Source: Patellaria atrata CBS 101060
Taxonomy: Eukaryota
Assembly (NCBI GenBank): GCA_010093705.1
Contig: MU006118.1
Location: forward strand, 78,859-117,255
Length of the DNA stretch: 38,397 nt
Direction: 5' to 3'
A program made the translations under genes and the position numbers. The notes below the pieces were generated by a model. It had not been told where the DNA came from. It saw only the letters and a program-made list of their open reading frames with translations, and made no database searches. Shown one piece after another: positions 1 to 10,973 of this stretch (positions are counted from its first letter, which is position 1; every line of letters begins with the position of its first letter).

Positions 1-331
1 ACTGGACTTTACAGAAAACGGCCTAGAGATATGTCTTATTAGTAAGTGATAGAAAATGCATACATGGGTCTACATATTTCGGCATACGTTCGCATTCCTC
101 AATATGAGTGTCAATTTTCTCGTCCATAGCTTCGAATTGTAGTTGAAGGTGAGCGCTCATTGCTCCAAACTTCTTTTGGGACACACTCCCTTGGTAGGTG
201 GTGTAGGCGATGCCGATAAGCGTGCATATGGCTAATCTATTGCTGAAGGGGGAGGTCTTGGGACCGCGCCGTGATCGTTGAGATATGTTTTTAAAGTGCA
301 CGATGAACGAGAGTGTGCGAGGATGCAGCAT
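1..331 (-). CDS. Small hypothetical protein (one hydrophobic segment plus short coiled coil); probably spliced and running off the window start
   Basis: ATG at 331 opens MLHPRTLSF...LAICTLIGIAYTTY...LQLQFEAMDEKIDTHIEECERMPK. Near the 3' end are a GTATGC donor, ACTAAT branch point and CTAG acceptor (~23-64). No family recognised. Confidence 0.35.
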
Positions 332-687
332 ATTGTTGCAGACGGTAGGCAGTTGCAAGTAGATGATAGCGTTTCATGGTGAAATTTGCTATTTGATAAA
401 GTTGGTTCGATGAGATATTGTAAGGGATAACCTTGAGGACGCAAAAGAAGAGCCTGGAGGGTAGCATTATAAGTATGAGGTGTTGTTTGTTATGAAGGAA
501 AAGTAGAAACTGTGATGCAGATTAGAAGATATTTTTTAGAGTAGATGTTATGTAGTCAAAAACCTTGGACCCTCCAACCGTAAACCGTGGTAAGGAGGTA
601 ACACATATTCCTCGGGGGACTCTGGCTCCTTCATCTGGGCTCAAAGACCTGGTGATCCTCTCAACACCTCAGTAACGACCGATCTGC

Positions 688-1159
688 GACGATGGTGTCT
701 CCCATTTCACGCCTGGGGGTATCTTTCCGCTAGAAGGGGCCCAGGATTGCAGTTGCAGTTTGGGCGTCGGTGCGGAAGAGGTGAGGATGTGACGAGGGAG
801 GTTAGGCCTGAGATGTCAGATAGGAGTTGGCTTTCTCGTCTCTACGCTCGTCTAACATGCGTCCTATTTCTTTGAGCTTGGGGGCTTTCCGTTACTGAGT
901 CTGGATATTGATTGATGAACCGAGTGATGATGTGTGGTACTTCATACCAGCTCTAAGCCGGCGCCCCATTCTTCCACTGTGAGTTAGTTTTCTCGGGCGA
1001 AGTCGTGGAGATGGTGTATCAAGTTTGCCATGCCATTACTTGTCGCATTTGAGGGGAAGCTTTCGGGGATGTGGTATTGATAACTGATTGGGTGAAATTA
1101 GAATCATGATTATGAACGAGTGTTTGCTTTATACGATTAGCAAAGTCGTCTGAAGACAT
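688..1159 (-). pseudogene. Intradiol ring-cleavage dioxygenase (catechol/hydroxyquinol 1,2-dioxygenase family) pseudogene, N-terminal part
   Basis: Translation across frames: MSSDDFANRIKQTLVHNHDSNFTQSVINTTSPKASPQMRQVM / ANLIHHLHDFAREN*LTVEEWGAGLEL [intron 947-877] LKEIGRMLDERRDE / SQLLSDISGLTSLV / TDAQTATAILGPF*RKDTPRREMGDTIV. This matches the fungal family motifs FT..VI....P, LI.HLHDFARE..LT..EW and TAILGPF.R. There are stops at 984-986 and 730-732 and several frameshifts. Confidence 0.85.
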
Positions 1160-1500
1160 GCTGGATCTTTAAGAGTATATAAGAAGGTCAACTGCTGTAT
1201 GGGTAAGCTCTTGGTGTGCTGTACAAACTACTCATGAGGTATCACTATCCTTGTAAGGAATCTGTAAGCAGGGTGATGCTATGTAATGTTTACTCGTCAA
1301 CTCAAGAGATGGTTGACTTCAGTATTGGGCGAGTAGAAGTATAGCAGCTTGAGTAAGGGTATATCTAAATGAATACTGATTGATATGATTCTACATCACG
1401 TGCGCCAAGCAGAACCATTTGAACCTCCACTCCAAAAGTTCCAGGCTCATGAACAATGGAGGAACACACATAGCAGCGATACACATTCCACCAGTTCACA

Positions 1501-2196
1501 ATGTCTTCGGGATTCGGGTTAAATGGAGGTACGTTCCAAAAGAGTCCGATTGTCTCGGCCCCTACCCTACCTCCGAATGTCTCTTTCTAGAGTCCAGCCA
1601 TTTCCTAATCGCGTCTAACTGCTCCTGCAACGCTGACTATCAAAACCTCTTACGGTGCTCCTGGGGATGTGGTAAACCTATTGACTAATTAATCGATCAA
1701 CGTCACTAGGCCCTGGCCGCTGCTTTCCTTTCTGGCAGGAAGTCCTCGCCTGCTACGTCACAAACACCTCCGCCGAAGACACGTCCGGGAAGTCGAAATG
1801 TGCTCCGGCGTTGGAGGACTATTATGAGTGTCTGCATCATAGGAAAGAGGTATATCATATCCAATTTCTTTCGTCCCAATATCCCCCGGGAATGACCAAT
1901 AGTTCGCCATTCGAATCACCAGCTCAACCCAAAACTCAAACATCTCTCCCGATATCGACAGCACCAGAAATTTAACTTAAGAGTGTTTGAATGCTGACGT
2001 GGCCTTTTCCATATAGGCAGCAAGAATTTCCGCTCTCCAAGCCGCGTACCGCAAAGGCGCCGCCGCACAATCTCGAGAAGACGCTCCAGCGCCAGGCCAG
2101 ATCAGGACCTTGGGTCTACTAGACGCTACGAGGGAGGAGAAGCACATAAAGCACGGGAAGTGGATCCCGACTATGAAGGGCGAGAGTATCGCGTAG
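1501..2196 (+). CDS. NDUFS5: Mitochondrial complex I accessory subunit NDUFS5-like (fungal NIPM, twin-Cys protein)
   Basis: Exons 1501-1528, 1710-1849 and 2017-2196 give MSSGFGLNGGPGRCFPFWQEVLACYVTNTSAEDTSGKSKCAPALEDYYECLHHRKEAARISALQAAYRK...ESIA*. Canonical GT-AG introns. RCFPFWQ..L.C and C....EDY.ECLHH.KE are family signatures. Confidence 0.9.
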
Positions 2197-2359
2197 GGCT
2201 TGTATCATATAAATTATGGAGTAGTATGGATGTATTCAAAATCATTTTCTGGGGATACCGTATAGTACGAAGGTGATGTGGACGACTTGATCATATCGGA
2301 TTCCCGCAACTCAACCTGATCCTCAATTCGACATATAGGAGTATCATCTCAGAACCCCA

Positions 2360-3975
2360 CTAGCACATTCCCCTCACTCCAACCCCATCTCTAACCTCGT
2401 ATGCCGCCCACCTCCCCACTCGTCCATCACCTCTATCCTGCACCACCTCCGCCACGTTAACCCATCTGACCGCTCTTCCATCCTTAATCTCATATACTCC
2501 ACCATCCTTCCCTGTTTCTTTCTCCCCCTCCCCATAGGCCGCCCTCGCATCAGCTGGTCCCAGTGGCAGTAAACTAAGCAACACGTGCAGATCGACGAGA
2601 TGGCGGAATGGGAGGCCGAGAGCGGGTCGTGTTGGGTTGGAGGAGAAAATTGATAGGTGCTCGGTATAAATAGGTATGGTGCCAGAAATATTTGTGAATG
2701 GTGATGGGGAAGAATGCGCAGTGTTGAGGAGAATGGTGCTAAGATCGCGAGTGTGGGTGAGCTTTGTGAGCGTTTGGAGAAGGGAGGTGAGGTGATATTG
2801 TGCTGTTGCCCGTTAGGAGGTTCGGGGTAAGATATATTTGGGGGGTGATGGAGCGGCATGAAGTGGTATATGAGTGAAGGTGGGGAAGATAGTGGTGAAG
2901 TAGGTGGATATCAGACTTACATTGCGTGTAATTCTTCTTGATAAGTGGGCTTATGACCTGTGTGATGTTATCAATGATGATCATCCCCACACGTTCATCC
3001 TTATTAACTGCAATGTCTACTTCTTGCTGCTTGGAATGAGGAATAGAATATGGAGCCTCCTTATCGTGCAGTAGCATTTCATCTTCCGACCCTTCATCCT
3101 CACTATCAAGGACCACACCCTCTTTTCGGCTACGTTGTGGAACCTCCCCTTCACGTCCATCCCTCATAATAACATCCTCTTCCACCTTGGCCCCCGTCTC
3201 TTTTCTCTCCAAACCATCCCCCAACTCCTCAACAGCTTCTCTTAACCCCTCAAAGTCAAAAACACGCATAATCTTCACCTTCTCCAGCATCCCCTTAGCC
3301 ACGTCGTCAAGATTGCCTCCCAAGTCCTCGATCACTGTGCCTAGTGAGCCGTTGGTTGCTTGCCTGAGGTGGATGGTCGAGATGCATTGACGGAGGCGAG
3401 AGATGATGACAGCATGAAGACGCAGAACGGAGAAGTTGCCGGTGGTGTCGATTATGGCGACGGATGAAACATGGGTGAGGAGATGAGTTGTTAGGGTGTG
3501 GAGAGCGAGCTGACCATGATATTAGAAGAAGTAGGCAATGAGTGAGTGAGCGGTTGAGTGAGTGAATAACGAGGTTGGTGAAGAAGAACCATTTTGAGGT
3601 GAGATATGATAAGGGCTCAAGGAATGAATGATATATATGTGATGTATTATTCAATACGTTCCGAGGACCAGCGCCACTTTTTGAGTGAACGCCGGAATCT
3701 TGACTAATATGAAATTGAAAGTGATGACTAGAAAGTACAAGTATGAAGAAGTAGTAGAGAATACTCACAGCTGTCTTCCCGGTTCTCTTCTCACCGCTGA
3801 TACATGTTATACCTCCAGTTCCAGAGTCAAAGCCGCCCTTTAATGCGTCGTCTATGGTTGTGCACCCTGTTCCGCAGCGTTTTCTCTTCCGAAGATTTGA
3901 TGCTGATGCAATGTGTTCTGAACTATCAAGTATCACAGATGCAAGAACAGGTTGTGCTGATTCCGTCATCCTCAT
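2360..3975 (-). CDS. RAD51 paralog / RecA-family ATPase-like DNA repair protein (RAD51D/Rlp1/Rad55-like)
   Basis: Exons 3975-3769, 3509-2921 and 2802-2360 join in frame. Motifs: TGCTTIDDALKGG, Walker A GEKRTGKT, IIDTTGNF, KIMRVFDFEGL, Walker B MIIIDNI, and C-terminal RPALG..F.HLVDLH.LLS. Confidence 0.8.
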
Positions 3976-4495
3976 GCTCGCTAACCTTTAACACTCGGTG
4001 GGAATTGATTGTATCCTGTTATTTCTTGAGACACTAGGGGAAGGTGAGGCCGAACTCAACATTTCTAGGCAAGAAACTTCGTAGAAGGAGGAATTTAATA
4101 TTCATCTTTTCTCATCAAAGTGTATGAGGTTATTCGACTACACATCGCCAAGTTATCCGTACGCCATGAATTTAATCCAAAAGGTAGAAAGACCTATTGG
4201 CAAGCTCTAGAGACAGAAAATGCCCAGCCACAGAGTCCATTAAGTCCCACGCCTTCCCACGTAATCCTTTAGAAAGAAGCGAATAACAACCCAAATCACG
4301 TCCAATGCTACTTTGTCAGCGAATCGTCCTTATCCAGAGTCCTGCCCATAACCTGTAGGACCCATGCAAAAAGGTACAAATGTAATGTGACTGCTTAGAT
4401 TGCGCACAGCCACTCCAAACTCCAACTGATGATTTTGTTCGTGCATTCATACCTTGACAATCGCTCGTACGGGGTTGATATGACTCCCCAAACAC

Positions 4496-6604
4496 TTAAG
4501 AGACCTGCCTGTCCCGCGCGACCCCTCGTCGTCCACCCTTGAGGGACTTGACACGGCTTAGGAAGCCACCACCTGTCTTTCCCTCACCCTCATTGAAGCT
4601 ATCAGTGGTCTTTGTTCTCTCCAGCCCTCGCATTGGTGAGCTAGGAGCCCTTGATCGACCCATGGAAGAGCTCTCGCCCTTATTCGTTTCTGCGGCCTTG
4701 ATAGTAGCTCCCTTCTGGTCATACGCAGCATCGTAATCAGCGAAGAAAGGATTCTTCTCGTTTAACTTCACAACCCCACCTGCACTTTGAGGACCCCTCG
4801 GAATCCTGGGCTGTTCTGGTGGAGTAGAGGGTGACATAGCTCCATCACGAAAATCAAGGCGAGCCTCGGGAGAACCAACGCGCCCGCCAAATTCACGGCG
4901 TGGTTGAGAGATGCCACGGAATCTTTGAGCAATTGACTTTTTGCGGCCGAGTCCACCGTTTTGAGCAGCTTTCTCCATTGCGGCAGCTTGCATCTCCATT
5001 TCGCGACGTTGAATATCCTTTTGGGAGGCAGGAGCGCCTTCAAGAAAGGTCGATGTACCCAAGCCTACCGATTCTTCACCATGGATTGGGTCTACACGAG
5101 CTACAGGATCGAAAGAAGTGGTCCGGTCGACAGACGGACGCTTCTTGCTAAAAGTGTCATATGGGTTGTCGCTCCTTGTGATATTGAAATCCGTGAAACC
5201 TTCCGCACCTCTACCGTGAAATTGATCGAGATCGATGTTCTTGTTGAGCGGTCCCGAACCCCCAAGAGCATTGTTCGCAGATCCGTCAGGAAAAGCTTGC
5301 ATAGGAGCTCGATGGTCTTTCTTCCGATTGCGATGGGGGTTACAAGCGTCGAAAGGGCCGTCGTGATGGAATACTGCAGTAGAGAATTAGGATAAAATAG
5401 TCAATATTCAAGGTTTTACGCACAACCAGCCCCATAAATTCCAGTGACATCAAGTTTATCAATCAAATCTAGTCCATGCGGTTTCTTCGTCCTCGATGGT
5501 CGAACCTCTCTAGGCCGCCCATCCCTTTCTCTGGCATCTCTCTCTTTCCTACGTCTTTCACGCCGTCTGCGCTCTTCTTCGGAGTCTGCTGACGGTTTCT
5601 CCATCACCGAGGATTCTGAGTTGCGCCTAGGTCGACGATCTTGGGGCCTCTTAGGGGGGCTCTCGAATATGTTTAGTTCGCCCGGAGGTCCACGTGGTCG
5701 GGGTGGACCGCGCGGACGATCTCGGGGGCCATCGCTATCGTTAGATCGGGTGGGCCGATGGGACGGAAGTGGGAGAGTGCCGGTTCTGGTAGGTGCGGGA
5801 CGTGTGTTCTGAGATCCGGATCCTGAAGGAGCTACAGCGCCTATGAATTGCACAGGTTAGAGCTTGAGACGACATAGGAACGGGACTCACTTACTATATG
5901 CAGGTGGTCGATCATTTAACTGTAGATTATGCTGTGGATTGAGATAGTCAGCGAACAGCTCTACGAATTGTCGAAATTTTACCTCCATGGTTTTGTTTCG
6001 AACAATGGAATTGACCAGAAGAAAAACCGGGTTTAAAGGGGGATATTTGCGCGTAAATACACAAGGGTGTACAGCGTACAGTTGTCACACGAACGTAGAC
6101 TGTGACAGCTGCAGGGGTTTGACGTACAAAGAGTTCTTCTGCCGTGCTACTGAATTGCGTCGGTTTCGGCGACGAATTTCCCATTGTCGCCATTTCACCC
6201 TGGACAGGCGTCCCTGTTGACGGTCTTGGGGGAGCACTCAAAGGTGGGTTGTTCTCGAATGGAGCGAGGAACGGATTCCTGGAGACTGGCCGTTCGGGGG
6301 GGGCGCTCTGTGGCGATGGGAAAGCTGGTGATGTCGTTGCCGGCGAACCTGCTCGATTGCGAAATGGATTGTTGGAGGGAAGTTCGAGGGAGAGGCCAGG
6401 AGAAGGCCTTCGATCTACAGATATTGAAATCGAAGGTCAGTAACGGTACTAATTGAAGTGGCGACAGATTGTGCTTTGAAACAGCGGGTTGTGAGATCTG
6501 GTAAAGATGTTCGGGTAGGTAGAGTGGGAAGTGGGACTTTGGAAGGAAGCGCCCTGCAAGGAAGAGGGAGACTCACCCGGCATTGGAGGTTGAGCAAGCG
6601 ACAT
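4496..6604 (-). CDS. pal1: Pal1 cell morphology / endocytic protein
   Basis: Exons 6604-6577, 6414-6128, 5931-5895, 5840-~5424 and ~5373-4496. Contains the Pal1 core LDLIDKLDVTGIYGAG.FHHDGPFDACNPHRNRK...APMQAFP, N-terminal NPF motifs (SNNPFR, SRNPFL) and C-terminal GFLSRVKSLKGG. Confidence 0.9.
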
Positions 6605-7207
6605 GGCGGCACTATACAGCACACTACTGTGCCCTACGACCCCTGAGTACGGGGAAGAGATAAGCCAGTGAGCAATAAAGACGATGGAACAAGCAGCGTT
6701 TGCTGGTGCCTTTCAGGTTTGTATGCCTGACAACCTTGGTTGGCCGCAGTACTTGCAGGAGAAAAGGTGCGGCAAAGGGTAGGATTCTTGTTTTTCGTTG
6801 TTTAAGCGATATTTGATGTTGTCTACGTCGCTCAAGAAACGCTGGAAAGCCCAAGAATGAGAAAGGAGTTTGATTCGGTTTGTTTTGCGAGGGCGGACCG
6901 GCAAAATTGTTTCTCGAGCGGTTGCAAAATGCAAAAAGGTGCAGATCGCCACGTCGAATACGGTAGAACTACCTTGGGAGGATACGGGAATAAAGACGCT
7001 ATGGAAGAAAGTAATCCTCGTTTTGATGATAAATGCTCAGGTACTGTGGTTGTCTGGTCGACTCTTTTGCTGAGATGCGGGGGGTTTTGAAACGGGCTTG
7101 CGACTCAGCCTCCTTCACGGTGACGGTTCAAAAAGCTGTAATGCGTGTAAAAGGTCTATTGGTATATGGCAAAATAGCAGGTAGGGTGATGCGGTTGGAA
7201 AATGCGA

Positions 7208-7239
7208 GGAAGATGGGAAGATGGGAAGATGGGAAGATG
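7208..7239 (+). repeat. Short tandem repeat (GGAAGATG)x4
   Basis: ggaagatg ggaagatg ggaagatg ggaagatg read directly in intergenic DNA. Confidence 0.85.
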
Positions 7240-8516
7240 TACAAAAGTAGCGAAGGGGTCAACCTAAGGGATCAAGGGAAGTTTATTTTATTTCATTTGG
7301 TCCAGGTGCACCAGGTGCAGCAGCTGGTGGAATCGTCAATAATCGGAAAATAAAAAATGAAGCTGCGAAATATGGCAAGCACGACTGGTTGACTCTTTTT
7401 CAGAACCAAGCGCCCCATGGAACCTTGAGGTGAAGGGACACGTCGCTTTCAAGATTCCATTTCTTTTTGTCTCTTGATTCTTTTTATTCTTTTTGTTCAC
7501 GATATAGTAATTTGATCAGTCTCCTTTTCAGCAATTATTTGTACGTCACTCGTATCTGTTTTGCGCCATGTACGGCCAGAAATGAAGGGTGAGCCTCGGG
7601 GAACGATGCAAGCTGGGCACAAGGGGAACGAGGGGCTACGAGGCGAATATGTTAAGGTACGGAGCACTCCACTCTGTAAGGTACAGTACAATACCCAGTA
7701 CAGAGTACTGGACAGTAAGGTACAGGAAGTAAGGTGATTGCCTTCTATAAAATACTTCCCGTCTGCACTGTAACTACGTAGGTACATTCGCAAACCTGAA
7801 GACACTGATCTTGATATGAATACCGTTCCAATTAGCTCCTTCAAACATCTAAAATACTACTAAACTATGTATGATGTAGCCAAATGGCGGCTGAGGAGCA
7901 GATTCACTTTCTGATAATTGCAAATGCATAAAACGTCCTACACCAGCTACGTTGTCCCATAGATGCCACTTAAACCCTCCACATCGTCGTGACATAACTA
8001 CATCCGGATTGTATGTGTATACAGATTAAGGTAGTTCTAGTACTTTTGTCTAGGTATCAATTATAATCGTGTCGCCAAGTTAAAATCAGGGTCAGACTTC
8101 AACCTGATACCTCTCCATCTTTGTCCGCTTCCAAGATCCAGCGGTCAAAGTCTGGCAGAGGCCCCGGCGCTCCTCCGCCAACACACCCGTACCGTACCTT
8201 ACTGCGTACTGGACGACTACAGGGCTTTGAGCTGAAAATCAGAAAATGATTTCCAATTCGTACAAAATAATACTGTAATGATATTTTGCGGGGAAGGAGG
8301 AAATTTACAGTAGGTTGGTGAACAAAGCTTCCCGTCCCGACTCCCGATACAGTCTAAGCCATCTCCGGCGCAAGTCCCGCCAAGCATCATTCCTTGGGCT
8401 TTGGCACGTGCGTTCATATTACTAAGGTGACTTAGGACTCCGAGGACGCCACATTCTGTTTCTATGAACGCGTCTATCTCGCTTCTACAACTCTCGCGAA
8501 CGTAATTCAGTCGTTA

Positions 8517-8979
8517 ATGATGGCAGGCGAACTATCATCTCAAGAACCTCGATACGGTGGATATACTCGCTTCGAAATTGAACTCGAGGTAGGCTCATAC
8601 AACTTTCAATTACCAACTTGGGTAAAGCTAAGGGATTATACTACCGCTATAGTTCGTTCAATGCCTCGCAAATCCCTGGTATCTCACCTATCTAGCATAT
8701 CAAAAGCTTCTAGATAACCCTGAGTTCATCGCCTACCTCGATTATCTTCAGTACTTTAATCAACCAAAATATACCAAGTACCTCACGTATGTCCGGGCCA
8801 TTCCCTATAGTTAGGAGTCTCAATTGATACAACGGGCTATACGCAGATATCCTGGACCGACTCTTCGAGCGTTACAGTTACTACAACAGGAAAAATTTCG
8901 AAAAGACATACTGAATCCTTCAGTCGTCATGAAATTGACTGAAGAGTTTCTGAAACCAAATACCGGCAACTGGACATGA
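8517..8979 (+). CDS. SOH1: Mediator of RNA polymerase II transcription subunit 31
   Basis: Exons 8517-8588, 8653-8786 and 8847-8979 give ...YTRFEIELE|FVQCLANPWYLTYLAYQKLLDNPEFIAYLDYLQYFNQPKYTKYLT|YPGPTLRALQLLQQEKFR..., the Med31 signature. Confidence 0.95.
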
Positions 8980-9321
8980 TATCACCGACGTCACTCAACT
9001 ACCTAGAAGAATGCTTTCAGGTGATGGGTTGTCCATATTTCTCGATCCTCCCCTCTTCATTCCTGGACCTCTATCAGCGTACGCATAAAATGGTACTACG
9101 GATTGAGTCATAACCGGTGACGATATTCGCCCTTAAATTTAACTCAAAATGCCCAACCTGGAAGGGGGAGGTGAAAAAACGTAAATCTAGGGTATCTCAA
9201 AACTTGGCCAACATCCTCCAACTCCATCCTGAATGAAACCCGGTCCGACGCTTTTTGTTCCGCTTATTTAGAAGGGATGAAGCAAGTAAATTCACCCTAA
9301 AAATCCCCCAAACACAAATTA

Positions 9322-9889
9322 TTATTCCCTCCATTGTTTTGCGCACTTCACACACTGTATCCGTTAGTATGGACCTTCGTCTTGCGACATGGACCTTACC
9401 TTGTAGAACGAAGTCATTGGCTCGTCCGCACTGCGAATCTGTAGTTGGTAGAAGTACGCCTTCATCGAATCGCATTTCTCGTTGACGCATTTCACTGTGG
9501 AAATTAGCCCTCTATCCCTGGTTGGAGTTGATGCCGCAGTTGCGCTTCTTCCTGGAACATATTCCCGAAGTAGTTGTAACTTACCATCCGTCTTGTCAAC
9601 GTTTTCCCAGGCAGCTGCTCCACCGAGCACATCTTCCACCTCCTTTCTCTTCATGTGCTTCCGCTCAAAGTACCTCTTTTCCAAGACGAATTGATAGGGA
9701 CAGCTTCGGCATTCGAATCGATTCTTGCCCGCATGGTGATCAGGATCGGACATGGGGATTTGGGAGATGGTGAGCATGTTCGAACATGCAGGACAGACTA
9801 CGGCTAGGTTAGCTTTCAAATTCGTCATAATACGCAAGCGTCAAGCAATTAAAGATAAATGGAAAGCTGCTAAACTGACAGAGTAACAT
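9322..9889 (-). CDS. RPC11: RNA polymerase III subunit C11 (RPC10/RPC11)
   Basis: Exons 9889-9880, 9797-9585, 9494-9400 and 9354-9322 give MLLFCPACSNML...FECRSCPY...EVEDVLGG..AWENVDKTD...AYFYQLQIRSADEPMTSFYKCVKCAKQWRE*. Two Zn ribbons and the TFIIS-like RSADEP loop. Confidence 0.95.
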
Positions 9890-10257
9890 CTTCACTTATC
9901 AGCTATGAGATCGCTAGCGAAGATTTCGAGAGTAGTCACCTATTGTACATCTAGAAGTATAGAAGTGGTGGGGTTCTAAACTATTTTCTATGCAAAAGTT
10001 AAACCTAGAGTGATCAACGCTTGGCGGTGGGATGAAACCACCTCAGAAACCGAGCCTCCAAACAGACGCGCAGGAGGCTTGGGGGCTCACCTCATATCTT
10101 ACCTCTTACCTATATCTAACTACTATTCGAGTTTTGTCTTGCACCAAAGTCACCTCGAATTCCCTCTCTTACAAGTTATTCTAGAGCTCCGATTCAGTAA
10201 CAACCCCCCGCAGCACTTACTATTAACCCCAACGTCACCGGCTTCACATACACAGAT

Positions 10258-10973
10258 ATGGCTGACGAGGTACGCTAGGCCTGCTAATCAGGTTACTTCC
10301 ACCATGTAAGTTTCGGTCACTAACCAAATATCGCAGGGTGCTTCCCCTCGCGAACTCGTCCTAGAAGCCTGCCGTAGGAATAACACCGAACTCCTCGAGG
10401 AAGTCATAGAGAGCATATCCAGCAAACCCCCGAAAGGACAAGGTACAGCAGAGGTAGCAAAACTACTCAACAATGCACAGGATGGTATCGGAAACGGCGT
10501 ATTACATCTTGCCGCAACGAACGGTAGTTGTGCGTCCACTTTCCCGGCCAAGCTGATTATCGAGGCTAACATGGTTTGAAGACGAGGTCCTGGATATTCT
10601 GCTAGATCAAGAGGGCCTCGAGATAGACGAAGTGGATAGACTGGAGAAAGATACGCCGCTGCATAAGGCTGTGAGATATGTGAACTCTCATACTAAGGAT
10701 GAGTGGGAGAGTGCACATCTGATTGTGGAGATATTACTGGACGCTGGCTGCGACCCTAGGTGCGTTAACCCCGAATCAACATTACCAAGTACCTAACCCA
10801 TGTTTTGCAGGATACGGAATAAAGCTAAGCTCCGACCTATCGATCTCGTCGACCCTCGGAATACGGAACTGCGTAAGATTCTACAAAACGCAGAGTTCAC
10901 GATGATGGCTGGTGATGATGTGGTCGAAGAGGAAGACGACGGGCCTACGGGGAGTGCAAGTGATAGCGAGTGA
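10258..10973 (+). CDS. Conserved fungal ankyrin-repeat protein (yeast YGL242C-like)
   Basis: Four exons (10258-10269, 10337-10529, ~10582-10759, 10811-10973) give MADEGASPRELVLEACRRNNTELL...GNGVLHLAA...LLDQEGLEID...DTPLHKAV...LLDAGCDPRIRNK and an acidic tail. Confidence 0.85.

Noticed and set aside
900..1155. Box C/D snoRNA-like motifs on the + strand (GTGATGA at ~924, CTGA at ~1150)
   Set aside because: Spacing is too long, no rRNA guide was recognised, and the region is explained by the dioxygenase pseudogene on the opposite strand.
3510..3768. Long RAD51-paralog intron as a stwintron or snoRNA host
   Set aside because: No internal acceptor recreating a donor, and no sense-strand C/D box pair found.
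6620..8420. Numerous 60-115 aa ORFs between pal1 and SOH1
   Set aside because: Mostly non-ATG starts, no recognisable domains or coding-like composition; treated as intergenic.
10270..10336. Internal GTAAGT and a second branch/AG in ankyrin intron 1 suggesting a stwintron
   Set aside because: The implied sub-introns are only ~22 and ~31 nt, too short. A single 67-nt intron restores the frame.
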